Shown here: positions 1-10,303 of the stretch, piece after piece
Numbering within the stretch: the stretch's first letter is position 1
Layout: every line of letters starts with the position of its first letter
From: Thermoanaerobacterales bacterium 50_218
Lineage (GTDB): Bacteria; Bacillota; DSM-12270; Thermacetogeniales; Thermacetogeniaceae
Reading direction: 5' to 3'
DNA length: 64,000 bases
NCBI GenBank assembly: GCA_001508855.1
Contig: LGFL01000002.1
Span: 8,180 to 72,179, forward strand
The notes under the pieces: generated by a model
Database searches by the model: none
The model's input: the letters and a program-made list of their open reading frames with translations, nothing else
What the model was told of the DNA's origin: nothing
Made by a program: the position numbers and the translations under genes

Positions 1-14
1 CCCCACCAAATTTT

Positions 15-893
15 CTAAGCAGCACCAACTTTTTGCAACATTTTCACTGGGCTTACAAACAACTTCTTAAAGCCGAGTGCCTGAGCGTCGATCCCGAGCG
101 CCAGACCGATCAACTGGGTAAAGAAAGGCACAGGCATGCGATACTTGGTCCCATACTTATTTTCCACACTTACCTGACGCATATCGAGGTTCTGCTGGCA
201 AACAGGACAGCAAGTAACAACACAGTCAGCACCAGCATCTTTGGCTACTCTCAAAATGTCGTTGCACAACTTAGTGCAAATTTCTTCATCAGTCATTGCC
301 AGAGAAGCTCCACAGCACTCTGTCTTATATGGCCAGGGCACAGGTTCTGCACCGAGAGCACGGATGATGTTATCCATCGCCTGCGGATTTTCGGGATCGT
401 CTGCGTAGTTGAACACTTTTGGAGGCTTCACGAAAAGGCATCCATAGTAGCAGGCAACTTTGAGTCCTTTGAGGCTTCGTTTAACCGATTTCTGAATTTT
501 ATCAAGTGTTTCCGGATTAGCGAACACTTCAAGAAAGCTTTTTACCTTGACCTTTCCAGTATATGGGCGATCCAGGAGAGAATTCACCTTCTTCTTCAAT
601 TCCTCATCCCTAGAGAGCTCATACTCTACACCAGCAAATCGCTGATGACACGCTGCACAAGGAGCCACCAGTTCGTTGACAGGCAATGTTTCAGCAAGAG
701 CCAGCACACGCGCAGGAAGAGCCAGGGCTAAAAGGTGATCTGTCATGTGTGCAGAAGAAGCACCACAGCAGTTCCAGTCAGGAACTTCCAGGAATTCGAT
801 TCCTAATTTTCTGGCGACAGCATGAGTTGACATTCCATACTCGACTGCTGTCGTATCCAGCGAACAGCCTGGATAAAAGGCATATCTTGCCAT
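15..893 (-). CDS. hdrB: heterodisulfide reductase subunit B-like protein (two CCG domains)
   Basis: 292-aa ORF with two CCG motifs (DWNCCGAS and TECCGAS). It directly abuts the hdrC-like ORF. Confidence 0.8.
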   Translation of the reverse strand: MARYAFYPGCSLDTTAVEYGMSTHAVARKLGIEFLEVPDWNCCGASSAHMTDHLLALALPARVLALAETLPVNELVAPCAACHQRFAGVEYELSRDEELKKKVNSLLDRPYTGKVKVKSFLEVFANPETLDKIQKSVKRSLKGLKVACYYGCLFVKPPKVFNYADDPENPQAMDNIIRALGAEPVPWPYKTECCGASLAMTDEEICTKLCNDILRVAKDAGADCVVTCCPVCQQNLDMRQVSVENKYGTKYRMPVPFFTQLIGLALGIDAQALGFKKLFVSPVKMLQKVGAA

Positions 894-1463
894 TTAATTC
901 CCCTCCATCTGCTTAGTCTTTTCAAAAATCTTCTTGACTTCACTCCGTCCTTTAATCTTGTGGGGGAAGGGTTTGGCTTTGCCCTTGAGCAACATCGGAA
1001 GTCCGAATTGGGCATCTTTCATTAGGTTTCCGGTGCTGAGGTTAAACTTGATCAGAAGCCCTGCTTCAAAAAGCCGGCCGTAACTCTTGACTGTTCCCAA
1101 AAAAGCATCATTGAAAGCAATGACTGTTCTTCCTTTTTCGGTGTAACCAGCCTTCACTGCTTCCTGGCGCAGGGTATCCATCACGCGGGCGATATCAATG
1201 TTTCTGATGCAGCGCGTTGTGCAGGTGTTGCATCCCATACAGACCCAGATTGTCCTTGATTTCAAGACTTTATCTTTCATTCCCAGTGCCAGCATTCTCA
1301 TGATCTGGCTTGGGGGATAATCCATCGCATAAGCTCCAGGACAACCCCCTGAACACTTGGCACACTGGTAACACTGACGAATATCCTGGCCACTCTCCTC
1401 AATTACCTTATCGACAAACGAACGATTCGCCTTTAAAGCTTGAGATAAATTAAATTCCCCCAT
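894..1463 (-). CDS. hdrC: heterodisulfide reductase subunit C-like 4Fe-4S dicluster protein
   Basis: 189-aa ORF with two Cys clusters (CYQCAKCSGGCP and CMGCNTCTTRC). Its stop is adjacent to the hdrB start. Confidence 0.8.
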   Translation of the reverse strand: MGEFNLSQALKANRSFVDKVIEESGQDIRQCYQCAKCSGGCPGAYAMDYPPSQIMRMLALGMKDKVLKSRTIWVCMGCNTCTTRCIRNIDIARVMDTLRQEAVKAGYTEKGRTVIAFNDAFLGTVKSYGRLFEAGLLIKFNLSTGNLMKDAQFGLPMLLKGKAKPFPHKIKGRSEVKKIFEKTKQMEGN

Positions 1464-1552
1464 TGCGACCCCCTCTTGAAAGCAAATTCTCCCTCTTATG
1501 CATATTCTCTCTTTCTTAAAGAATTCCTTCTGGAAACAACAATTTTTTATCC

Positions 1553-1601
1553 ATAAAAGCCAAATAAGCCTTACAAATCACCTTTGTAAGGCTTATTTGG
1601 C
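1553..1601 (-). terminator. rho-independent terminator after speD (perfect 19-bp stem)
   Basis: GCCAAATAAGCCTTACAAA (1559-1577) and TTTGTAAGGCTTATTTGGC (1583-1601) flank a 5-nt loop. On the minus strand the hairpin is followed by TTTTAT. Confidence 0.65.
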
Positions 1602-1647
1602 TAACCTTTCTGCTTGTCTGACTTGTCTTCTAAAATAAATATCCCTC

Positions 1648-2034
1648 CTAAAGATTCACCGCCGCCCTCTGGCAGGCCTCAACAATACCACGCTTCACTT
1701 CTGTAGCGGTCATATGAGCAGCTTCGAACTTTTCCACCAGATACTTACAGGCATCCCAGGGGTCAACTTTTTCTCCACACGTAAACACATCTACTGCTGC
1801 ATACCCGAGTTCCGGCCAAGTGTGAATTGCCAGATGGGACTCCGAAATTACCACTACACCACTAACCCCTTGAGGGCTGAACTTATGGAAAACGCTTTCC
1901 CTGATCTCGGCTCCTGCGACGAGTGCAGCTTCAACCATGTACTGCTTGACTTTTTCGACATCATTTAGCCTATCGAACGCGCATCCATAAAATTCAGCTA
2001 AAATATGCCTCCCCAAAGAGTTGATGTTGGACAT
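1648..2034 (-). CDS. speD: S-adenosylmethionine decarboxylase proenzyme (pyruvoyl, SpeH/SpeD type)
   Basis: 128-aa ORF with the self-cleavage region [15 protein letters not shown]. Confidence 0.9.
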   Translation of the reverse strand: MSNINSLGRHILAEFYGCAFDRLNDVEKVKQYMVEAALVAGAEIRESVFHKFSPQGVSGVVVISESHLAIHTWPELGYAAVDVFTCGEKVDPWDACKYLVEKFEAAHMTATEVKRGIVEACQRAAVNL

Positions 2035-2146
2035 TAATAGTCTCGACCTCCTTTTAAATTTTTTTGAGTTCTCAAAGAAATCTGAGAAAGAGGGAGAAAT
2101 TTGGGTTTAAGCAAAAAACTCGCCACCCATTTTCCAATCCCATTCA

Positions 2147-2174
2147 ATTTTAGCATTTCTCCTCGTTTTGTCAA
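2147..2174 (-). promoter_or_regulatory. sigma-A-type promoter for speD (TTGACA-16-TAAAAT)
   Basis: On the minus strand, TTGACA (2169-2174) is followed by a 16-nt spacer and TAAAAT (2147-2152), about 105 nt upstream of the speD ATG. Confidence 0.5.
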
Positions 2175-2313
2175 TAAACTATTGCTAAAAAATTGGCTCC
2201 TACAAGAAAGAATATCTAAGCAACAGCTTAGCAGGTATTCAAAAATCTTCTAAAAGAAAAATGTCGGCTTCTGTCGAACCTCTCCCTCACTTTCCAACCT
2301 TGACAACTGAAGA

Positions 2314-3201
2314 TCAGGAAGCATTTTCTAGGGCTCCAAGATTCATCAGAAGCGAAATGATTTCGAAATTCGCCCTCATATTTTTCTCTACAATCTCCCT
2401 ACCGTCAACTCTCATTAATTCAACAGGATTCAAAGGCATCTCACCACAAATGTCAACTCCCCACACACGCTTTCTTCCGCTAACTTCCCTAAGAGCAACC
2501 AGCAGTTCTTCTAAATTCATCATCCCCTGATCCCAGTTGGTGACAGCGTCTTGAGGCCTGAGGACATCTTTATCGATACTGATGTATACTGTCGCCGTGG
2601 GGATATAAGAAATCAGTTTGCGAACAGCAGCCTCGATCCCCAACTCCGTGATTGGGGGAAACCTCTTCAGAAACCACCGGAGGTAGCTGGGAACTTGCCT
2701 ATAGATGTTGTCGTCAATCTGGCAGTAAGGAACGTACAACACCCTAGGCAAGAAAGAGGGGGCAACCTGGCAAAATGTCTTCGCATCAGCTCCGATAATG
2801 ACAACTCTTTTCAAAAAGACGAGCTTGTTAAGGGAAGCAGCAATCCAGGAACCACAGGAAATGAGAGAAGAATCAAGGGGAGAAATGAGTTCAGAGTGGT
2901 TGTCAAAAAGGAGCAAAGTAAACGGGCGCTTGATGAGCATCAACAGGAGATGAGTAACATAATGGAAGTCCCCACAACCAAGAAGAACAATTTTTTGCTG
3001 GACCTTTTGGCTGATCCTCTCAACAATCCTCCTTAATGATGTCGGTTCAGCATACATTCTGGTACCCCTAATATCCTTGAGCTCGATCCACTCATGAGGA
3101 AAAACCAGAAGTTGTCTCTGGGGAACAAGGGTGTCATCAAAGTTCAAGAACACGATTTTGTCCCACACTCCCATGAGACATCCCTTCCGGTTGATATTCA
3201 A
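2314..3201 (-). CDS. arginase/agmatinase-fold (ureohydrolase family) protein with variant metal motifs
   Basis: 295-aa ORF. Segments GCGDFH, FDNHSE and SIDKDVLRP sit where the GGDHS, DAHxD and SxDxDxxDP ureohydrolase motifs are expected. Confidence 0.6.
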   Translation of the reverse strand: MNINRKGCLMGVWDKIVFLNFDDTLVPQRQLLVFPHEWIELKDIRGTRMYAEPTSLRRIVERISQKVQQKIVLLGCGDFHYVTHLLLMLIKRPFTLLLFDNHSELISPLDSSLISCGSWIAASLNKLVFLKRVVIIGADAKTFCQVAPSFLPRVLYVPYCQIDDNIYRQVPSYLRWFLKRFPPITELGIEAAVRKLISYIPTATVYISIDKDVLRPQDAVTNWDQGMMNLEELLVALREVSGRKRVWGVDICGEMPLNPVELMRVDGREIVEKNMRANFEIISLLMNLGALENAS

Positions 3202-3221
3202 TTGTTATTTAGCCAAGCTTT

Positions 3222-5405
3222 TCAGGACAAGGCGCTCCTCTGTTCCCGAAGGACCAGGAAAAAGAGAGTTATCGCTGGAAAAATACTCGTTGTTGCCGCT
3301 GCTACGATACCCGAATCGTTTACTAGGAGGGCAACAAAAGCAGCAATAATACTGCCCTCCAATCCTACAGCCACTGCTGGAAAGTTGCTCACCACCCGGT
3401 GAAGGATACCAACCGGTTTATAAAAGAGAAGGGCAAGAGCAACCAGGGTTCCCAGAAAAGCCTTGGTCCAGATGGTGTACCTGATCAAGTATAAATTCAT
3501 CTCCACTTTCCTAGAGATGACATCACTTAAAGTGGCCCATCCCGTAGCCCTGACCGCGGCAATCAACTGGCCAAAATGAGAACGAAGCTCTGGGGGGCGG
3601 GAGTAGTCCCAGAAAAGCAAGCCAACCGCTAGAATTAACACTGACAAGGAAAACAAAAACAATCTCTTTTTAGAAAAACGAACCCTGGCAAGCCTGAAAA
3701 AAGTATAGATAAAGGAAACTGAGGCAGCAATCGTTCCCCCAAAATTACTCCCCCACTGAGGTGCCGCCAGGACTGTGATCACGAAGAAAAAGACGATCCC
3801 GGCAATAAACCTTGCTAGAGAAGAATTGCTTAACCTCTGAGCAAAGATGGATGCTCCCATTAGAGTCGCTCCGAGTAATATCCCCATGTATTCATTCCCA
3901 ATCCCGTAAAACCTAGCTCCGATCATCGCATCGTAGCTAAGGATTGAGAACTTTTGTAAGGGGTTACCGAGGAGAGTATCCCCAACGATCACCACAACCG
4001 TAGCCAGACAGAGGATTAAAAGAGGATCGAGGTCTTTGTTTCTGGCAAACAAAGTTGCCAACCACACAAGACCAGCAACTACTACCAGACTGCTCAGGAG
4101 ATAAACCCACAATCTTGTTGGTGGGAAGGTGGCCATGAGCAAAAACGCAAGCGGAACTGCCATCAGACCCAAAAGCAATGGGTAAAAAAATCCCTTTTTT
4201 TTGATATCGAACCACAGAAACCAGAGTAGAGACGCCAAAACCAGTAGATGAAGAACAACATACCCTTTAATCACAGAGGAGCGGTTTTGGGAAGTAAAGG
4301 CAGCTTTGGCCTCGACCTTCTCAATGAAGCCAAGGGGATCCTCAAACGGTTGCACCACCCACGGCCTTCCGGTCATTTCCTCTGGGATGTCTGTCCCCAG
4401 GTAGTTGAGAATACTCGGTGCAATGTCATACAGGGTAATCAACCCTGGTCTTCTGGTGGTGGGCGTAACCAATAAGCCCTCTTCAACCCCTTCGCCCAGG
4501 AGCGCCAGCAAAGTAAAATACCTCTTCTGGCTTATAGACTCAGTTGTCGGTGATAAAGAAGCCAGAAGAATCCAACTTTTCCGAAGGTTAACATGTTCCA
4601 GAAGCCAGCCCAAAAAACCATCTATCTCCCTGAGAATTCGCCTCTTTTCCTGAAAATAGACCTGATCCGCAAGATACGTTTTCTGTCTGTCCAATCTCGC
4701 CAGATCACCCAAATCAATCACGACAAAATCAGAGGTCGCTGCCACTTCTAAAAACTTTCCCTTTAGCTTCTCGTAGTTGGTGCGGTACCCGAGCCTACCA
4801 CTACTGTCCACCTGGAGGAGGGCAACAGACACCTCTCCTTGGTCAATGATCCCCTGGCAATCCATCGCAATGACTGCAGGAGCGCGATAGTAACTCCCAG
4901 GAAGGTCAGCATTACCTAGGACTGCCGTTTTTAAGCCTTTCTCGTGCAGAGCCTCTCCCAGAAGCCCCGGTATCGCCTTTACTCCTGCCTTTTCCTGGAG
5001 GTGCTGGAGCAAAGCCAAGTCAAGGACCACAACATTACCAGGAGAAGGGTGAACACCTGTACGCCCTTCAAAAACAGCAGCAGCACACTGCTCCTGGTAT
5101 TCTTCCTCTACACCAAAAACAAGGGGCTCTTTCGAGGTTCCCGTGGCTTTAGAGCCCGAACTGATCGCAGCCACGGCATGTGACCTTGTTCGCGATCGAC
5201 CTGCAGTTGTCGTGTTGAGGAGAGCGGTAGCCCCTTCACGGAAAAATCTGTGAATATAGGAAAATTCCTGAGAGGTCACATCACCGAGTTCAAGTTTATC
5301 GCAGACAACAAAGATTACCTGGCGCGACTCCTCAGCGAAAGCCGCTCCCAGGAAAACAAAAAAATAAACGATCAAAAAACAAACAGCAGTTCTGAATAAC
5401 TTCAT
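3222..5405 (-). CDS. large membrane protein: N-terminal signal/anchor, ~370-aa extracytoplasmic domain, polytopic C-terminal half
   Basis: 727-aa ORF with a hydrophobic N-terminus and many hydrophobic segments after about residue 375. The ectodomain has DIAPSILNYLG, which resembles the sulfatase/alkaline-phosphatase superfamily (by eye only). Confidence 0.5.
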   Translation of the reverse strand: MKLFRTAVCFLIVYFFVFLGAAFAEESRQVIFVVCDKLELGDVTSQEFSYIHRFFREGATALLNTTTAGRSRTRSHAVAAISSGSKATGTSKEPLVFGVEEEYQEQCAAAVFEGRTGVHPSPGNVVVLDLALLQHLQEKAGVKAIPGLLGEALHEKGLKTAVLGNADLPGSYYRAPAVIAMDCQGIIDQGEVSVALLQVDSSGRLGYRTNYEKLKGKFLEVAATSDFVVIDLGDLARLDRQKTYLADQVYFQEKRRILREIDGFLGWLLEHVNLRKSWILLASLSPTTESISQKRYFTLLALLGEGVEEGLLVTPTTRRPGLITLYDIAPSILNYLGTDIPEEMTGRPWVVQPFEDPLGFIEKVEAKAAFTSQNRSSVIKGYVVLHLLVLASLLWFLWFDIKKKGFFYPLLLGLMAVPLAFLLMATFPPTRLWVYLLSSLVVVAGLVWLATLFARNKDLDPLLILCLATVVVIVGDTLLGNPLQKFSILSYDAMIGARFYGIGNEYMGILLGATLMGASIFAQRLSNSSLARFIAGIVFFFVITVLAAPQWGSNFGGTIAASVSFIYTFFRLARVRFSKKRLFLFSLSVLILAVGLLFWDYSRPPELRSHFGQLIAAVRATGWATLSDVISRKVEMNLYLIRYTIWTKAFLGTLVALALLFYKPVGILHRVVSNFPAVAVGLEGSIIAAFVALLVNDSGIVAAATTSIFPAITLFFLVLREQRSALS

Positions 5406-5429
5406 CTGGCCTCATCTTCCCCGATAACT

Positions 5430-5457
5430 GTAAAAAAAGCGGGGAAAAATCCCCGCC
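5430..5457 (-). terminator. rho-independent terminator after tRNA-Pro
   Basis: GCGGGGA (5438-5444) and TCCCCGC (5449-5455) form the stem, with a run of 7 T following on the minus strand. T runs on both sides mean it could act bidirectionally. Confidence 0.65.
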
Positions 5458-5469
5458 CTTTTTTCAAAA

Positions 5470-5547
5470 TGGTCAGAGTGGCGGGATTTGAACCCGCGAC
5501 CTCTAGCACCCCAAGCTAGCGCTCTAACCAAGCTGAGCTACACCCTG
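5470..5547 (-). tRNA. tRNA-Pro (anticodon GGG), CCA encoded
   Basis: Hand-folded cloverleaf: CAGGGTG TA GCTC AGCTTGGTTA GAGC G CTAGC TTGGGGT GCTAG AGGTC GCGGG TTCAAAT CCCGC CACTCTG A CCA. The acceptor stem has 7 bp (one GU), G37 is present and the T-loop is TTCAAAT. Confidence 0.9.
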
Positions 5548-5588
5548 ACTTCAGTTCTCTTTTATTTTATTTGCCAGAGAAGACAAAG

Positions 5589-6806
5589 TCAAGATTGCTG
5601 CTCAAAAAACTTGGCATGCAAGGCCCGAACTGCCTTAATTGCCTGGTCTTCAGCGATTACGCAAGAGATCTTGATTTCTGAAGTGCTGATCATTTCAATG
5701 TTAATCCCCTCATCGGCGAGTGCCTCAAACATAGCGGCAGCAACACCAGGGTTGGTCACCATTCCTGCCCCTACAATAGAAACCTTGGCCACACGGTCAT
5801 TATAAGCAACCCCTGAAGCACCAATCTCATTAGCAACACGCTCAACAACAGGAAGGGCCTTGTGCAGGTCATTCCGTGTCACTGTAAATGAGATATCGTT
5901 TCTGCCGTCACGCATCCAGCTCTGGATGATCATGTCGACGTTGATGTGCTCGTCAGCAAGTGCCTTGAAAATCTGTTTGGCGATTCCCGGGCGGTCGGGA
6001 ACATTGAAAAGCCCAATTTTAGCCACATTGAGGTCATGAGCAATACCACTAACGAGACGATACTCTTCCATTTTCGTAGCCTCCTCAACCCTGGTTCCCT
6101 CATGCTGGTTGAAGCTCGAGCGCACATGCAAGGGAACCTGATAATGTTTGGCAAATTCTACTGCACGGGGCTGAAGAACAAGTGCCCCCAGACTTGCCAA
6201 CTCGAGCATCTCTTCGTAAGAGACAAAATCAAGCTTCAAAGGCTTTTCCACAACCCTTGGGTCAGCGGTGTAAACTCCATCAACATCTGTGTAGATTTCA
6301 CATATTTGAGCCTTCAGAGCAGCAGCAAGAGCAACAGCCGTGGTATCAGAACCCCCCCTCCCCAAGGTGGTTATCTCGAGGTCTTCCGTTACCCCCTGAA
6401 ATCCTGCGACAACAACGATCTTTCCCGCCTTCAGTTCCCTGAGAATACGATCTGGCTCTACCCTGAGAATCCTCGCTTTAGTATGTGCCTTGTCAGTGTA
6501 AATACCTGCCTGATAACCGGTAAAAGAAACTACCTGATACCCGAGTTCGTGAATTGCCATCGCCAGCAGAGCAATGGAAACCTGCTCTCCAGTAGCGAGG
6601 AGCATGTCCAGTTCCCGCTCCGGAGGGTGTGGAGAGACACTTTCAGCCAGTTCCAGGAGTTCATCTGTGGTGTGACCGCGAGCGGAGACCACAACAACAA
6701 CATCATAACCTTTTTCCTTTGTCTGCACCACTCTGCGAGCCACATTCTTAATCAATTCTGAAGTAGCTACTGAAGTGCCCCCAAATTTTTGGACGATGAT
6801 CTGCAA
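5589..6806 (-). CDS. lysC: aspartate kinase
   Basis: Contains [10 protein letters not shown] and a C-terminal ACT pair. I place the start at TTG 6806, because AAGGAGG lies 8 nt upstream and the start is 1 nt after the thrB stop. The ORF-track ATG at 6830 lies inside thrB. Confidence 0.9.
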   Translation of the reverse strand: MQIIVQKFGGTSVATSELIKNVARRVVQTKEKGYDVVVVVSARGHTTDELLELAESVSPHPPERELDMLLATGEQVSIALLAMAIHELGYQVVSFTGYQAGIYTDKAHTKARILRVEPDRILRELKAGKIVVVAGFQGVTEDLEITTLGRGGSDTTAVALAAALKAQICEIYTDVDGVYTADPRVVEKPLKLDFVSYEEMLELASLGALVLQPRAVEFAKHYQVPLHVRSSFNQHEGTRVEEATKMEEYRLVSGIAHDLNVAKIGLFNVPDRPGIAKQIFKALADEHINVDMIIQSWMRDGRNDISFTVTRNDLHKALPVVERVANEIGASGVAYNDRVAKVSIVGAGMVTNPGVAAAMFEALADEGINIEMISTSEIKISCVIAEDQAIKAVRALHAKFFEQQS

Positions 6807-6807
6807 G

Positions 6808-7734
6808 TCAAAGGCCTCCTTCTTCTGCATATTCTACTATCCGAGCACCTTCAAGGCTCGGCTCCAGTTCCAGCACCTTGGCGGTAAACCCGTGCCTTTG
6901 AAACACTTTCGCCATCGCTTCCCCTGCCGAGGAACCAGGTGGTGCCAGAGCAACAGTCGTGGGACCTGCACCACTCAAAAAAACGCCATAAGCACCCGCG
7001 GCACGCGCTGCATCCAAGGCATCCTCAAGCCCTGGGATCAGGGAAGTTCGATACGGCTGGTGAAGTTGGTCGCGAACCGCAATCGGCAGCAGCTTCCAGT
7101 TTCCGTCTCGAAGAGCAGAGAGCAACAGAGCGAGGTGTCCAAGATTGAAAACAGCGTCCCTTAATGAGACCTTTTCTGGGAGAACACTCCGCGCCCTGTT
7201 CGTTGAGAGTTCGAAATCAGGAACAGCAGCAAAAACCTTCAACCCCTTGTGTGGAGCAAACCTAGTGTAAAAACAGGACCTGCCTTCTTGAACTACTGCG
7301 ACAACTCCCCCAAAAAGCGCTGCTGCCACATTATCGGGGTGACCCTCAAGAAGAACAGCTTCTTCGAGAATTTCCTCCCGAGAAAGGGGATTGCCAGCGA
7401 TCAAATTGGCAGCAACAAGGGCCCCTACAATAGCTGCAGCACTACTTCCCAGTCCGCGGCTTAGGGGTATCCGGTTCGTCAGCCGCAGTTTCCAACCAGG
7501 AGAATCGTAAGAAACCTTTTGGAAAAGGTGGTCGACCGTCCGAAAAACCAGGTTTTCCGAGTTGCGAGGTAGTGTTTCCGCACCTTCCCCAATAATCTCA
7601 ATCTGGAAGTTGGAGTCGATACATTCTTCCAACTCCACGGTATTATAAAGATTTAAGGCCATTCCCAGCACATCAAACCCAGGTCCCAAATTTGCGGTTG
7701 TTGCCGGAACCTCCACAACTACCTTTTTGCGCAC
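6808..7734 (-). CDS. thrB: homoserine kinase
   Basis: Contains [12 protein letters not shown] and the GHMP-kinase motif GLGSSAA. Confidence 0.9.
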   Translation of the reverse strand: MRKKVVVEVPATTANLGPGFDVLGMALNLYNTVELEECIDSNFQIEIIGEGAETLPRNSENLVFRTVDHLFQKVSYDSPGWKLRLTNRIPLSRGLGSSAAAIVGALVAANLIAGNPLSREEILEEAVLLEGHPDNVAAALFGGVVAVVQEGRSCFYTRFAPHKGLKVFAAVPDFELSTNRARSVLPEKVSLRDAVFNLGHLALLLSALRDGNWKLLPIAVRDQLHQPYRTSLIPGLEDALDAARAAGAYGVFLSGAGPTTVALAPPGSSAGEAMAKVFQRHGFTAKVLELEPSLEGARIVEYAEEGGL

Positions 7735-7755
7735 AGTTCCCCCATCCTAGCAAAG

Positions 7756-8820
7756 TTAAAGTACATTAATTTTCCTGAGAACATCAAGAACAGCCCTCTC
7801 TTCCGGAGGAACCACAGTTGGCTGCAACTTACAAGTCTTCAAAGTGGTATCCGGGTCTTTCAAACCATGCCCGGTCATAATGCAGACAACCTTACTCAAT
7901 GGAGGGAAAAACCCTTCTCGGGAGAGCTTCACCACACCGGCAAGAGCTGCGGCAGAGGCAGGCTCCACGAAAAGCCCCTCTTCTCTTGCCACCATTTGGT
8001 AGGCACTGAGGATTTCCTCATCACTAACCATGTCAATGCGGCCTCCAGATTCTCTGACCGCGTTCAAGGCACCCTGCCAGCTTGCAGGGTTGCCAATACG
8101 AATCGCAGTAGCCACCGTCTGGGGCTCAGGAACCACTTCTCCGCGGACAATCGGTGCCGCTCCCTCAGCTTGGAAACCCAGCATCCGTGGAGTTTTGTCC
8201 ACACACCCTGCCTCATAGTATTCCCGGAAGCCCTTCCAGTAAGCAGTAATATTTCCCGCATTCCCAACAGGAAGGGCAAGGTAATCAGGAACAAAACCCA
8301 GTTGATCGCAAACCTCGAAAGCCGCCGTTTTCTGGCCCTCAATTCGGTGAGGATTGATCGAGTTGACAAGCACAATGGGGTGCTCCTGAGTGATCTTGCG
8401 AACCAGCCGCAGAGCAGCATCAAAGTTGCCCTGAATGGCGATCACCTCGGCACCGTAGATCAGGGCCTGAGCAAGCTTTCCAAGGGCAATATAGCCGTCA
8501 GGAACGAGAACAATGCACTTTAGACCGGCGCGAGCGGCATAAGCAGCAGCAGAAGCCGAGGTGTTTCCTGTAGAGGCACACATCACCGCCTGGGCCCCGC
8601 TCTCAAGGGCCTTACTAACCGCCACCGTCATTCCCCGGTCCTTGAAGGAACCGGTTGGGTTTTGCCCCTCAAATTTGAGGTAAATTTCTACCTTGAGTTT
8701 CTCAGAAAGCCTTGGTGCAGGAAGTAAGACAGTGTTTCCTTCATAGAGGGTGACCACCGGTGTTTTTTCACTGACAGGTAGAAAGTCCCTGTAAGCATCG
8801 ATGACACCTTTCCACTTCAA
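7756..8820 (-). CDS. thrC: threonine synthase
   Basis: Contains the PLP-lysine motif TGSFKDRG. The 354-aa ORF lies between hom and thrB. Confidence 0.9.
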   Translation of the reverse strand: MKWKGVIDAYRDFLPVSEKTPVVTLYEGNTVLLPAPRLSEKLKVEIYLKFEGQNPTGSFKDRGMTVAVSKALESGAQAVMCASTGNTSASAAAYAARAGLKCIVLVPDGYIALGKLAQALIYGAEVIAIQGNFDAALRLVRKITQEHPIVLVNSINPHRIEGQKTAAFEVCDQLGFVPDYLALPVGNAGNITAYWKGFREYYEAGCVDKTPRMLGFQAEGAAPIVRGEVVPEPQTVATAIRIGNPASWQGALNAVRESGGRIDMVSDEEILSAYQMVAREEGLFVEPASAAALAGVVKLSREGFFPPLSKVVCIMTGHGLKDPDTTLKTCKLQPTVVPPEERAVLDVLRKINVL

Positions 8821-8825
8821 GACGA

Positions 8826-10130
8826 CTATCCCCTTTCCACACGGATCACGTTTTCGACAGAACCAACCACAGACAAACCGCTGATCACCGTAAGGGCATC
8901 CTGGAGGTTTTGTTCCTCAACCTCATGAGTAATCAGCACAATTTCCGCCATCTGTTCCTCAGAAGAGGTAATCGTGCGTTTCTGGATCACCGAGGCAAGG
9001 CTGACGTTATGGTTTCCGAACACCCCAGCAATGCTGGCAAGTACCCCAGGCCTGTCTTTGACTATCAGACGAATGTAATACTTGCTGGTGATCTTTCCGC
9101 GAGGCCGTACCTTCTTCTCCAGGTAGCAGGTACAGGAAAACCGTCCACTGCTCCCTGCTTCCATATTGCGCACAACCTGCATGATGTCGCCGACAACAGC
9201 ACTTGCTGTCGGCATCTGCCCTGCCCCCTGTCCGTAAAACATCGTCTCACCAACAGCATTTCCTCGCACAAAAATGGCATTAAAGACTCCGTTTACCGCA
9301 GCCAGTGGGTGGCTGTTCGGAAGGAAGGCAGGGTGCACACGCACCTCCACTTCTTCTTCCCACTGTCTAGCGATAGCCAGCAGTTTCACACAATACCCGA
9401 GTTCGCGAGCATATTCAATGTCCTCAGGGGTGATCCTGGTGATCCCCTCGACAAAAACATCATCTGGTAACACCCTCGTATTAAAAGCAATAGAAGCCAA
9501 TATGGCGATCTTGCGGGCGGCATCGAGCCCCTCAATATCAGCGGCAGGATCAGCCTCGGCGTATCCCGCCTCTTGGGCAGCACGCAGGGCCTCTCCAAAA
9601 TCGATTCCCTCTTCACTCATACGGGTGAGAATGTAGTTAGTAGTTCCATTGACTATCCCAATAACTTCCTCAAACTTATTAGCTGCAAGGCTTTCCTTCA
9701 AAACGCGAATAATAGGGATTCCGCCCCCTACACTTGCCTCAAAGTAGAGGTCGGCACCCCCAGCAGTTGCTGCCTCAAAAAGCTCTTTCCCATATGCAGC
9801 AACCACATCCTTATTTGCAGTAACAACGTGTTTTCCCTGGCGAAGAGCCTGGATAATATACTGACGGGCCGGTTCAATACCCCCGAGCAGTTCCACCACA
9901 ATCTTAACTTCCGGGTCACCCAAAACATCGTCAAAACTGTTGGTTACAATTTCCAAGGGAATTCCTAACCTGCGAGGTTTTTCCGGGTCACGCTCGAGCA
10001 CCTTCTTGATGATGAGCTTCTTCCCCAACCTCTGAGTGATCTCCTCAGAATTTTCCCGAAGCATCTTGACGACACCTGAGCCAACTGTTCCCACTCCAAG
10101 CAGACCGATTCCCACAACTTCGCTGTTCAT
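8826..10130 (-). CDS. hom: homoserine dehydrogenase (with C-terminal ACT domain)
   Basis: N-terminal [12 protein letters not shown] dinucleotide fold. The 434-aa ORF is the first gene of the hom-thrC-thrB-lysC string. Confidence 0.9.
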   Translation of the reverse strand: MNSEVVGIGLLGVGTVGSGVVKMLRENSEEITQRLGKKLIIKKVLERDPEKPRRLGIPLEIVTNSFDDVLGDPEVKIVVELLGGIEPARQYIIQALRQGKHVVTANKDVVAAYGKELFEAATAGGADLYFEASVGGGIPIIRVLKESLAANKFEEVIGIVNGTTNYILTRMSEEGIDFGEALRAAQEAGYAEADPAADIEGLDAARKIAILASIAFNTRVLPDDVFVEGITRITPEDIEYARELGYCVKLLAIARQWEEEVEVRVHPAFLPNSHPLAAVNGVFNAIFVRGNAVGETMFYGQGAGQMPTASAVVGDIMQVVRNMEAGSSGRFSCTCYLEKKVRPRGKITSKYYIRLIVKDRPGVLASIAGVFGNHNVSLASVIQKRTITSSEEQMAEIVLITHEVEEQNLQDALTVISGLSVVGSVENVIRVERG

Positions 10131-10157
10131 CTACCATCTCTCCCGACTCCCAAATAT

Positions 10158-10183
10158 ATATACAACTTTTAAATATACAACTT
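10158..10183. repeat. 11-nt direct repeat ATATACAACTT x2 (15-nt period) just upstream of hom
   Basis: Exact copies at 10158-10168 and 10173-10183. On the minus strand the repeat reads AAGTTGTATAT and overlaps a possible TTGTAT-16-TATATT promoter. Confidence 0.8.
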
Positions 10184-10303
10184 CTGAACAATTCGAGGCA
10201 ATCGTGCTGAATTCCTGCATATCTTCTTTTTTTACCTAAAACTTTGGTTTATCTGCGGAAATCGGGATTAGATAAAGCCTTCAAAAGCACAAACGCTGCG
10301 CTT

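Noticed and set aside
33-731. Many long plus-strand ORFs in the track (for example 33..731, 5946..6761, 7867..8523, 21178..21897, 39404..40084, 45087..45692, 63121..63672) lie antisense to the minus-strand genes.
   Set aside because: Each sits entirely inside a minus-strand ORF that has clear family motifs. Their translations are low-complexity (Ser/Pro/Arg-rich) and show no recognisable motifs or RBS. They are shadow ORFs.
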